Assembly: GCF_036365525.1 (NCBI RefSeq)
Contig: NC_090378.1
Span: 124,047,593 to 124,111,592 of the forward strand
Reading direction: 5' to 3'
DNA: 64,000 bases
Origin: Heterodontus francisci
Lineage: Eukaryota
The translations under genes were made by a program, and so were the position numbers. Below, one piece after another: positions 1 through 10,072 of the stretch. Numbering within the stretch: the stretch's first letter is position 1; each line of letters begins with the position of its first letter. A model generated the notes under the pieces. It searched no databases, was not told the DNA's origin, and worked only from the letters and a program-made list of their open reading frames with translations.

Positions 1-52
1 CTCTGGCTCTGACTGGGAGTCCAACGCCCGCTTCTCCTGTGCCCTGATCCAT
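1..52 (-). CDS. Candidate first coding exon (MDQGTGEAGVGLPVRAR...) of an unidentified gene running off the left edge
   Basis: Minus-strand ATG at 52-50 (ctcATGg) opens a frame to the window edge; TATA-like TATATTTAAA about 90 bp upstream; non-repetitive sequence. Product not identifiable. Confidence 0.35.
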   Translation of the reverse strand, partial: MDQGTGEAGVGLPVRAR

Positions 53-139
53 GAGACCCTCTCCTCTCCCCTCAGTAAGAGTGTGAGCAGATCAGAATGT
101 GTGTAGAGTGTTAGAGACAGTCCGCAGAGGAGACACAAC

Positions 140-932
140 TTTAAATATAACAGGGGTGAGCTGGGAGGATAAAGGTCATTTTCAACACGGAATTTCAACT
201 CTCTTCCTTCTCGTGACTGGGTCTGAGACACCTCTGAGGATCAGGGGTTAAGGCACTAAATTGGGACAGTGTAGAGGGAGCTTTACTCTGTATCTAACCC
301 GTACTGTACCTGCCCTGGGAGTATTTGATTGGACAATGTAGACGGAGCTTTACTCTGTATCTAACCCGTACTGTACCTGCCCTGGGAGTGTTTGATTGGA
401 CAATGTAGACTCGTGATGCCAAGTAAAACCTCTCTAAGATGCTGAAGACTGTCAGCTGAGCTAAAATAATGTGAACCTCAGAATTCGCCGCTCAGTAAAC
501 CAGACCTCCTTCCTGCTCACTCTGCAGTTACAATTTAAAGTTTAGTCTCTGTTTAAAGCGACAGGATTCTCATGTTATTGAGAAAATCTCCACAACTGTT
601 TTAATAAACCTCCATTCTCCCTGTGAATTTCTCCAGCTACCTCTCGCTGGGCTGTTTATTCAAGTCTTTTTTCTGTAAATGTAAATCAGTAAAAGGTAAT
701 AAACATTAAGAATATTCAGTAAATGTCTTGGGAGTGCTTTGGAAATGTCCCACCTTCCTGTCAGCTGATTGGCTGCATTTCAGCAAGTGAATCTGATGAT
801 TGGCTGGTTGACCTGTCAATCAATAACATGTCAGAAGCAGAATTGATTCATAGCCAATTGTAAATCATATTAAAATGATCAGTTTTATCTCAAATCCCTT
901 GAGATTACAAGATTAAAAACAGAAACTGAAAG
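140..932 (-). promoter_or_regulatory. Candidate promoter: TATA-like box, NF-kB-like site, CCAAT boxes, ISRE-like site
   Basis: TATATTTAAA (minus, 140-149); GGGACATTTCC (minus, 741-751); ATTGG at 768 and 799, CCAAT at 854; GAAACTGAAAG at 922-932. Motif matches only. Confidence 0.35.
263..410. repeat. 65-bp tandem repeat (~2.3 copies), common shark satellite-like repeat
   Basis: ggacagtgtagagggagctttactctgtatctaacccgtactgtacctgccctgggagt repeated with a 65-bp period. Confidence 0.85.
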
Positions 933-1210
933 CAGCTGGAATTAAATCATCACAATCCCAGCATTCACACTTCACTCTTCACACTGGAGGTGTTGGTGTA
1001 GCCCCAGCTGGTGGGATCGCACTGTGCACTCTGTGCTGACTGCTGAGTAATACCTGAAATGAGCCTGGGACAATCTCAGGGCTGGAGGCCACACTCACAA
1101 TGTTCATTTCTCCCACCTTAACCAATGCCTCATGGTAACAGTACAAAACTGAACCAAGTGAGGTCTCAGTTTAGAGAGAGGAGCAGTCAGGGTATCATTG
1201 TGTACATGAC

Positions 1211-4200
1211 CCTGAGTGTGGGTGTGACTGTTACCCAGTACTGTCTGTAGGTGAGTGTCTCTGAGTGTGGGGGTGTTACCCAGTACTGTCTGTAGGTGTG
1301 TGTCTCTGAGTGTGGGTGTGTTACCCAGTACTGTCTGTAGGTGTGTGTCGCTGAGTGTGGGTGTGTTACCCAGTACTGTCTGTAGGTGTGTGTCTCTGAG
1401 TGTGGGTGTGTTACCCAGTACTGTCTGTAGGTGTGTGTCTCTGAGTGTGGGTGTGTTACCCAGTACTGTCTGTAGGTGAGTGTCTCTGAGTGTGGGTGTG
1501 TCACCCAGTACTGTCTGTAGGTGTGTGTCTCTGAGTGTGGGTGTGTCACCCAGTACTGTCTGTAGGTGTGTGTCTCTGAGTGTGGGTGTGTCACCCAGTG
1601 CTGTCTGTAGGTGTGTGTCTCTGAGTATGGGTGTGTCACCCAGTACTGTCTGTAGGTGTGTGTCTCTGAGTGTGGGTGTGTCACCCAGTACTGTCTGTAG
1701 GTGTGTGTCTCTGAGTGTGGGTGTGTTACCCAGTACTGTCTGTAGGTGAGTGTCTCTGAATGTGGGTGTATTACCCAGGACTGTCTGTAGGTGTGTGTCT
1801 CTGAGAGTGGGTGTGTCACCCAGTACTGTCTGTAGGTGTGTGTCTCTGAGTGTGGGTGTGTCACCCAGTACTGTCTGTAGGTGTGTGTCTCTGAGTGTGG
1901 GTGTGTCACCCAGTACTGTCTGTCAGTGTGTGTCTCTGAGTGTGGGTGTGTTACCCAGTACTGTCTGTAGGTGAGTGTCTCTGAATGTGGGTGTATTACC
2001 CAGGACTGTCTGTAGGTGTGTGTCTCTGAGAGTGGGTGTGTCACCCAGTACTGTCTGTAGGTGTGTGTCTCTGAGTGTGGGTGTGTCACCCAGTACTGTC
2101 TGTAGGTGCGTGTCTCTGAGTGTGGGTGTGTTACCCAGTACTGTCTGTAGGTGTGTGTCTCTGAGTGTGGGTGTGTTACCCAGTACTGTCTGTAGGTGCG
2201 TGTCTCTGAGTGTGGATGTGTTACCCAGTACTGTCTGTCAGTGAGTGTCTCTGAATGTGGGTGTGTTACCCAGTACTGTCTGTAGGTGCATGTCTCTGAG
2301 TGTGGATGTGTTACCCAGTACTGTCTGTCAGTGAGTGTCTCTGAATGTGGGTGTGTTACCCAGTACTGTCTGTAGGTGCGTGTCTCTGAGTGTGGATGTG
2401 TTACCCAGTACTGTCTGTCAGTGTGTGTCTCTGAGTGTGGGTGTGTTACCCAGGACTGTCTGCAGGTGTGTGTCTCTGAGAGTGGGTGCGTTCCCCAGTA
2501 CTGTCTGTAGGTGTGTGTCTCTGAGTGTGAGTGTATTACCCAGTACTGTCTGTAGGTGTGTGTCTCTGAGTGTGGGTGTGTTACCCAGTACTGTCTGTAG
2601 GTGCGTGTCTCTGAGTGTGGATGTGTTACCCAGTACTGTCTGTCAGTGAGTGTCTCTGAGTGTGGATGTGTTACCCAGTACTGTCTGTAGGTGTGTGTCT
2701 CTGAGTGTGGGTGTGTTACCCAGTACTGTCTGTCAGTGAGTGTCTCTGAATGTGGGTGTGTTACCCAGTACTGTCTGTCAGTGTGTGTCTCTGAGTGTGG
2801 GTGTGTTACCCAGTACTGTCTGTAGGTGAGTGTCTCTGAATGTGGGTGTATTACCCAGGACTGTCTGTAGGTGTGTGTCTCTGAGAGTGGGTGCGTTCCC
2901 CAGTACTGTCTGTAGGTGTGTGTCTCTGAGTGTGGGTGCATTACCCAGTACTGTCTGTAGGTGTGTGTCTCTGAGTGTGGGTGTATTACCCAGTACTGTC
3001 TGTAGGTGTGTGTCTCTGAGTGTGGGTCTGTTACCCAGTACTGTCTGTAGGTGTGTGTCTCTGAGTGTGGGTGTGTTACCCAGTACTGTCTGTAGGTGTG
3101 TGTCTCTGAGTGTGGGTGTGTTACCCAGTACTGTCTGCAGGTGTGTGTCTCTGAGTGTGGGTGTGTTACCCAGTACTGTCTGTAGGTGTGTGTCTCTGAG
3201 TGTGGGTGTGTTACCCAGTACTGTCTGTAGGTGTGTGTCTCTGAGAGTGGGTGCGTTCCCCAGTGCTGTCTGTAGGTGTGTGTCTCTGAGTGTGGGTGTG
3301 TTACCCAGTACTGTCTGTAGGTGTGTGTCTCTGAATGTGGGTGTATTACCCAGTACTGTCTGTAGGTGAGTGTCTCTGAGTGTGGGTGTGTTACCCAGGA
3401 CTGTCTGCAGGTGTGTGTCTCTGAGAGTGGGTGCGTTCCCCAGTACTGTCTGTAGGTGTGTGACTCTGAGTGTGGATGTGTTACCCAGTACTGTCTGTAG
3501 GTGAGTGTCTCTGAGAGTGGGTGCGTTCCCCAGTACTGTCTGTAGGTGCGTGTCTCTGAGTGTAGGTGTGTCACCCAGTACTGTCTGTCGGTGTGTGTCT
3601 CTGAGTGTGGTTGTATTACCCAGTACTGTCTGTAGGTGAGTGTCTCTGAATGTGGGTGCGTTACCCAGTACTGTCTGTAGGTGTGTGTCTCTGAGTGTGG
3701 GTGTATTACCCAGTACTGTCTGTAGGTGTGTGTCTCTGAGTGTGGGTGTGTTACCCAGTACTGTCTGTAGGTGTGTGTCTCTGAGAGTGGGTGCGTTCCC
3801 CAGTACTGTCTGTAGGTGTGTGTCTCTGAGTGTGGGTGTGTTACCCAGTACTGTCTGTCGGTGTGTGTCTCTGAGTGTGGGTGTATTACCCAGTACTGTC
3901 TGTAGGTGAGTGTCTCTGAATGTGGGTGCGTTACCCAGTACTGTCTGTAGGTGTGTGTCTCTGAGTGTGGGTGTGTTACCCAGTACTGTCTGTCGGTGTG
4001 TGTCTCTGAGTGTGGGTGTGTTACCCAGTACTGTCTGTAGGTGTGTGTCTCTGAGTGTGGGTGTGTTACCCAGTACTGTCTGTCGGTGTGTGTCTCTGAG
4101 TGTGGGTGTATTACCCAGTACTGTCTGTAGGTGAGTGTCTCTGAATGTGGGTGCGTTACCCAGTACTGTCTGTAGGTGTGTGTCTCTGAGTGTGGGTGTG

Positions 4201-4890
4201 TTACCCAGTACTGTCTGTAGGTGTGTGTCTCTGAGTGTGGGTGTGTTACCCAGTACTGTCTGTAGGTGTGTGTCTCTGAGTGTGGGTGCGTTCCCCAGTA
4301 CTGTCTGTAGGTGAGTGTCTCTGAATGTGGGTGCGTTACCCAGTACTGTCTGTAGGTGTGTGTCTCTGAGTGTGGGTGTATTACCCAGTACTGTCTGTAG
4401 GTGCGTGTCTCTGAGTGTGGGTGTGTTACCCAGTACTGTCTGTAGGTGTGTGTCTGAGTGTGGATGTGTTACCCAGTACTGTCTGTAGGTGTGTGTCTCT
4501 GAGAGTGGGTGCGTTCCCCAGTATTGTCTGTAGGTGTGTGTCTCTGAGTGTGGGTGTGTCACCCAGTACTGTCTGTAGGTGTGTGTCTCTGAGTGTGGAT
4601 GTGTCACCCAGTACTGTCTGGAGGTGTGTGTCTCTGAATGTGGGTGCGTTACCCAGTACTGTCTGTAGGTGTGTGTCTCTGAGAGTGGGTGCGTTCCCCA
4701 GTATTGTCTGTAGGTGTGTGTCTCTGAGTGTGGGTGTGTCACCCAGTACTGTCTGTAGGTTTGTGTCTCTGAGTGTGGGTGTGTCACCCAGTACTGTCTG
4801 GAGGTGTGTGTCTCTGAATGTGGGTGCGTTACCCAGTACTGTCTGTAGGTGAGTGTCTCTGAATGTGGATGTGTTACCCAGTACTGTCTG
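1211..4890. repeat. 45-bp minisatellite, about 81 copies
   Basis: Unit gtgtgggtgtgttacccagtactgtctgtaggtgtgtgtctctga repeated head to tail with point variants; a 2-bp deletion near 4453 shifts the phase. Confidence 0.99.
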
Positions 4891-4994
4891 GGTGTGTTGA
4901 AGACGGATAATGCTCCAGGGTTGAAGTCACAGATGAGTCCATGTGTCACTGGTTCCAGCCGTTATGGTGATGTGACAGGGCTGATAACCTGATT

Positions 4995-5495
4995 GGAGAA
5001 ATTCAATGAAGATTTGTGGATAATAGGAACAATGAGGCAAAAATATGAAAAATCACTAAAAGTAGTGACACAGGTGAATAAAGACTTAAACAAAGCAAAT
5101 CAAGCAGCTGGATTTATTTCCAGAGGGTTAGAATTGAAAAGCAGTGAATTTCTGTTGAACTGCTGTACAATCTTGTTGAGGCCACACTCGACGTACACTG
5201 AACGGTTCGAGCCTCCATATTCAGAAAAGGATCTCGAGCCAGTGGAGAAGGTGCAAAATAGATTTACCAGAACTGAGAGGATAAACTTATCAGGAAAGGC
5301 TAAACAGGCTGGGGCTCTTTGGTGACCTCATGAATGTCTTTAAGGATATGAAGAGGTTTGAGAGAGTAGATGTTGAGAAGATTCTTCCAATTGTGGGTGA
5401 GATCAGAACATACAATAATCAACATTAAATCCAATAGGGAATTCAGGAGCAACTTTTTTAACCAGAGAGAGGTTAGAATGTGGAACTCATTCTGG
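4995..5495 (+). mobile_element. Degenerate CR1 LINE 3' fragment
   Basis: Translation KANQAAGFISRGLELKS...LEPVEKVQNRFTR matches the CR1 ORF2 C-terminus seen in other copies in the window. Confidence 0.8.
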
Positions 5496-5519
5496 CAAAC
5501 AACACCGAGAGACAGCAAT

Positions 5520-5604
5520 GGTGTAAAATAATAGATTTTATTCTGTTTCATTGGATAGAAAACATTGTATACTGGAAATTCATTGTTTTGCAGTCAATCA
5601 CCTC
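5520..5604 (-). other. Candidate terminal (3' UTR) exon with poly(A) signal
   Basis: Minus-strand acceptor gtttgtctgtctctgttcAG (AG at 5606-5605); AATAAA at 5542-5537; candidate donors upstream at 5703 (CAG|GTATTT) or 5713 (GTGAGT). Confidence 0.5.
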
Positions 5605-5720
5605 CTGAACAGAGACAGACAAACGCTGATGGTGGGAAGACAGTAGAAATTGGAAACAGGAGGTTTGAAAGTGGATGAAACAGGATATTTAAATCCAAAA
5701 TACCTGGACTCACAGGACTG

Positions 5721-6002
5721 TTAGACCCTGTTCCCCCAATACTGCCAGCTCCCTGCTCCCCCCCCCAATACTGCCACTCCCTGTACCCTCCAATACTGCC
5801 AGCGCCCTGCTCCCCCCCCAATACTGCCACTCCCTGTACCCTCCAATACTGCCACTCCCTGTACCCTCCAATACTGCCAGCTCCCTGCAGCCTCCAATAC
5901 TGTCAGCTCAATGTCTACGAATTCCTGCTGGTACTGGCGCCCGAGGCTGTCACCCACCTCCCGGAGGACGCGGTTGAGCTTTCCCGGCATGGATGGTGGG
6001 AA
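5721..6002 (-). CDS. Small exon/ORF with a BH3-like motif (Bcl-2-family-like), C-terminus expanded by a tandem repeat
   Basis: MPGKLNRVLREVGDSLGRQYQQEFVDIELTVLEAAGSWQYW...: L-x3-G-D-x-L core plus Y, F, D, I spaced as in Bcl-xL (LREAGDEFELRYRRAFSDL); possible acceptor tttcatcAG at 6004-6003; CpG-rich coding-like sequence. Confidence 0.5.
   Translation of the reverse strand, partial: FPPSMPGKLNRVLREVGDSLGRQYQQEFVDIELTVLEAAGSWQYWRVQGVAVLEGTGSGSIGGGAGRWQYWRVQGVAVLGGGAGSWQYWGNRV
5737..5903. repeat. 25-31 bp imperfect tandem repeat (caatactgcca... units, ~6 copies)
   Basis: caatactgccactccctgtaccctc and caatactgccagctccctgctcccc units alternate. Confidence 0.9.
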
Positions 6003-6019
6003 CTGATGAAATGTTTTAT

Positions 6020-6270
6020 TCCCTGCATCCCCTTCACCCCCCCCCCCGCTTCCCCTTCCCAGCTCCCCCCTCCCAGCTCAACCCCCCCCGCACCCTCTTA
6101 CCCCACCCCCTCCCCCCTCGCAACCCCTTCCCAGCTCCCCCCTTACACCATCTTCCTCCTGCACCCCCTTCCCCTGAACCCCCCCACCCCTCTACAGCCC
6201 CCTTCCCAGCTCCCCCTCGCACCCCCTTCCCTCCACCCCTCCCCCTCGCACCCCCTCCTCCCACCGGCAT
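6020..6270. repeat. C-rich low-complexity tract (G-rich on minus strand)
   Basis: Many C4-C11 runs, with ccccttcccagctccc recurring. Confidence 0.85.
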
Positions 6271-9200
6271 CCACCTAGCCCTGAGCAGGGGCCCTAACAA
6301 CCCCACTGCCTTGTTGGCGTCTTGGGGGAGTCCAAGGCTAAGGCAGTAAACCCTAACAGACAATCCGGAGCGGAACCCCGTAGGCGGTCATGTGTCACTT
6401 TAGGCATGTTTCCGGCAGTTCCTTCAGCCATACCGGTGCCAAATATCGTGCTCTGCACTCCTTTGGACCCCACCAGAAGGCCGAGAGGGGGGTGTTGACG
6501 CTTGGGCAACTCACAACCTCCATACATTCACCCAGGCAAGGGCCCTGGAGAGGTCACTCCAAAGTCGCCTCACAGCAACCGAAACAACACGGAAGGCAGC
6601 AGTTACAGGTTATAAGTCCAGCTCAATTGGCGTAGAGATTGGGCGCCACGGGCTGCCTTTGTCGGTGGGAGAGGTCATTGCGTCTCACTGGACATCTACC
6701 GCCCGCCTCAAACCGGGAAACCCCCAGTCAATAAGGTTCTGTCCCCCCACAGTCCACCTGCTTCAATGGGTGCTTGGAGCTCAGGGTTATTGCCCGAAAA
6801 GTGGACTGCAACACCACACCAAACAGCACGAAAAAAGGAAAGAAGGTACCAGCCCTTCGTTTTGCAAGCTGGAACGTCAGAACTATGTGTCCTGGCCTGT
6901 CGGAAGACCTTACACAAATCAACGATTCTCGGAAGACCGCCATCATTAACAACGAGCTCAGTAGACTCAATGTGGACATTGCAGCACTTCAGGAGACTCG
7001 CCTCCCAGCGAGCAGATCTCTAACAGAGCAAGACTACACCTTCTTCTGGCAGGGTAGGGTTCCTGAAGAACTAAGACAGCATGGAGTGGGCTTCGCCATC
7101 AGAAACTCTTTGCTCAGCATGATAGAGCCACCTTCAAATGGCTCAGAACGCATACTGTCCATCCGACTGCTCACCACCTCTGGTCCAGTACACCTACTCA
7201 GCATCTATGCTCCAACACTCTGCTCCCCACCTGAAGATAAAGACCAGTTCTACGAGGAACTCCATAATATCATTGGTAGCATCCCAAATACCGAACATCT
7301 GTTCCTGCTGGGGGCAATTTAATGCCAGGGTTGGGGCCGACCATGACTCATTGCCCTCCTGCCTTGGGCGCTATGGCATTGGAAGGATGAATGAGAATGG
7401 ACAGAGACCGCTTGAGTTGTGTACCTATCATAACCTCTGCATCACCAACTCATTCTTTCACACTAAACCCTGTCACCAGGTTTCTTGGAGGCACCCAAGA
7501 TCACGTCGTTGGCACCAGCTGGACCTCATCATCACAAGGCGAGCCTCCTTAAACTGTGTTCAAATCACACGCAGCTTCCACAGTGCGGACTGCGACACCG
7601 ACCACTCCCTGGTGTGCAGCAACGTTAGCCTCAAACCAAAGAAGCTGCATCACTCCAAGCAGAAGGGCCACCCGCGCATCAACACGAGCAGAATTTCTTT
7701 TCCACAGCTGTTACAAAAATTTCTAAATTGACTTGGAAAAGCTCTTCAAAACACTCCCGCAGGGGATGCAGAGACCAAGTGGGCCCACATCAGAGACGCC
7801 ATCTATGAGTCAGCCTATGACCACCTATGGCAAACGTGTGAAGCGGACTGCAGACTGGTTTCAATCTCACTTTGAAGATCTGGAAGCTGTCATAGCCACT
7901 AAGCGCATTGCACTGCTGAACTACAAAAAAGCCCCCAGCGAGTTAACATCCGGAGCACTTAAAACAGCCAGAAGCGCTGCACAAAGAACAGCCAGGCGCT
8001 GCGCAAATGACTACTGGCAACATCTATGCAGTCATATTCAGCTGGCCTCTGACACCGGAAACATCATTGGAATGTATGATGGCATTAAGAGAGCTTTTGG
8101 GCCAACCATCAAGAAGATCGCCCCCCTCAAATCTAAATCAGGGGACACAATCACTGACCAAAGCAAGCAAATGGACCGCTGGGTTGAGCACTACCTAGAA
8201 CTGTACTCCAGGGAAAATGTTGTCACTGACACCGCCCTCAATGCAGCCCAGTCTCTGCCAGTCATGGATGAGCTGGACATACAGCCAACAAAATCAGAAC
8301 TCAGTGATGCCACTGATTCTCTAGCCAGCGGAAAAGCCCCTGGAAAGGACAGCATTACCCCTGAAATAATCAAGAGTGCCAAGCCTGCTATACTTTCAGC
8401 ACTCTACGAACTGCTTTGCCTGTGCTGGGATGAGGGAGCAGTACCACAGGACATGCGCAATGCCAATATCAACACCCTCTATAAGAACAAAGGTGACCGT
8501 GGTGACTGCAACAACTACCGTGGAATCTCCCTGCTCAGCATAGTGGGAAAAGTCTTTGCTCGAGTCGCTTTAAACAGGCTCCAGAAGCTGGCTGAGCGCA
8601 TCTACCCTGAGGCACAGTGTGGCTTTCGAGCAGAGAGATCGACCGTTGACATGCTGTTCTCCCTTCGTCAGCTACAGGAGAAATACCGCAAACAACAGAT
8701 GCCCCTCGACATTGCTTTCATTGATCTCACCAAAGCCTTTGACCTCGGCAGCAGACGTGGTCTCTTCAGACTACTAACAAAGATCGGATGTCCACCAAAA
8801 CTACTAAGTATCATCACCTCATTCCATGACAATATGAAAGGCACAATTGAGCATAGCGGCACCTCATCAGACCCATTTCCTATCCTGTGTGGCATGAAAC
8901 AGGGCTGTGTTCTCGCACCTACACTGTTTGGGATTTTCTTCTCTCTGCTGCTCTCACACGCGTTCAAGTCTTCAGAAGAAGGAATTTTGCTGCACACAAG
9001 ATCAGGTGGCAGGTTGTTCAACCTTGCCCGTCTAAGAGCGAAGACCAAAGTATGGAAAGTCCACAACAGGGAACTCCTCTTTGCTGACGATGCTGCATTA
9101 AGATCTCACACTGAAGAGTGTCTGCAGAGTCTCCTCGACAGGTTTGCGGCTGCCTGCAATGAATTTGTCCTAACCATCAGCCTCAAGAAAATGAACATCA

Positions 9201-10072
9201 TGGGACTGGACGTCAGAAATGCTCCATCCATCAATATCGGTGACCACACTCTGGAAGTGGTTCAAGAGTTCACCTACCTAGGCTCAACTATCACCAGTAA
9301 GCTGTCTCTCGATGCAGAAATCAACAAGCGCATGGGAAAGGCTTCCACTGAGATGTCCAGACTGGCCAAGAGAGTGTGGGAAAATGGCGCACTGACACGG
9401 AACACAAAAATCCGAGTGTATCAAGCCTGTGTCCTCAGTACCTTGCTCGACGGCAGCGAGGCCTGGACAACGTATGTCAGCCAAGAGCGACGTCTCAATT
9501 CATTCCATCTTCGCTGCCTCCAGAGAATCCTTGCCATCAGGTGACAGGACCGCATCTCCAACACAGAAGTCCTCGAGGCAGCCAACATCCCCAGCTTATA
9601 CACACGACTGAATCAGCGGCGCTTGAGATGGCTTGGCCATGTGAGCCGCATGGAAGATGGCAGGATCCCCAAGGACTCATTGTGCAGCGAGCTCGCCACT
9701 GGTATCAGACCTACCAGCCGTCCATGTCTCCGCTTTAAAGACGTCTGCAAACGCGACATGAAGTCCTGTGACATTGATCACAAGTCATGGGAGTCAGTTG
9801 CCAGCGATCGCCAGAGCTGATGGGCAGCCATAAAGGCGGGGCTGAAGTGTGGCGAGTCAAAGAGACTTAGCAGTTGGCAGGAAAAAAGACAGAAGCGCAA
9901 GGGGAGAGCCAATTGTGTAACAGCCTCGACAACCAATTTTTTCTGCAGCACCTGTGGAAGAGTCTGTCACTCGAGAATTGGTCTTTATAGCTACTCCAGG
10001 CGCTGCTTTACAAACCACTGACCACCTCCAAGTGCTTACCCATTATCTCCCGAGACAAGGAGGCCAAAGAAG
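6270..10072 (+). mobile_element. Near full-length RTE-clade (BovB-like) LINE: AP endonuclease + RT + C-terminal zinc finger, lightly disabled
   Basis: FASWNVRTM, DIAALQETR, FNARVG, DTDHSL (APE); NYRGISLLS, FIDLTKAFD, KQGCVLAPTLF, LLFADDA (RT); CSTCGRVCHSRIGL near 9945. Breaks at ~7318, ~7731, 9542 and 9818; short gaaga tail. 5' boundary approximate. Confidence 0.95.

Noticed and set aside
1211-4890. CRISPR-like array
   Set aside because: Units are contiguous with no unique spacers, no cas genes are present, and the context is vertebrate.
1187-4949. 795-aa and 723-aa minus-strand ORFs as genes
   Set aside because: They are translations of a 45-bp (15-codon) minisatellite in two overlapping frames, and a 2-bp deletion switches the peptide with no sign of constraint.
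5993-6363. Pro-rich and Gly-rich ORFs
   Set aside because: Products of the C-rich low-complexity tract.
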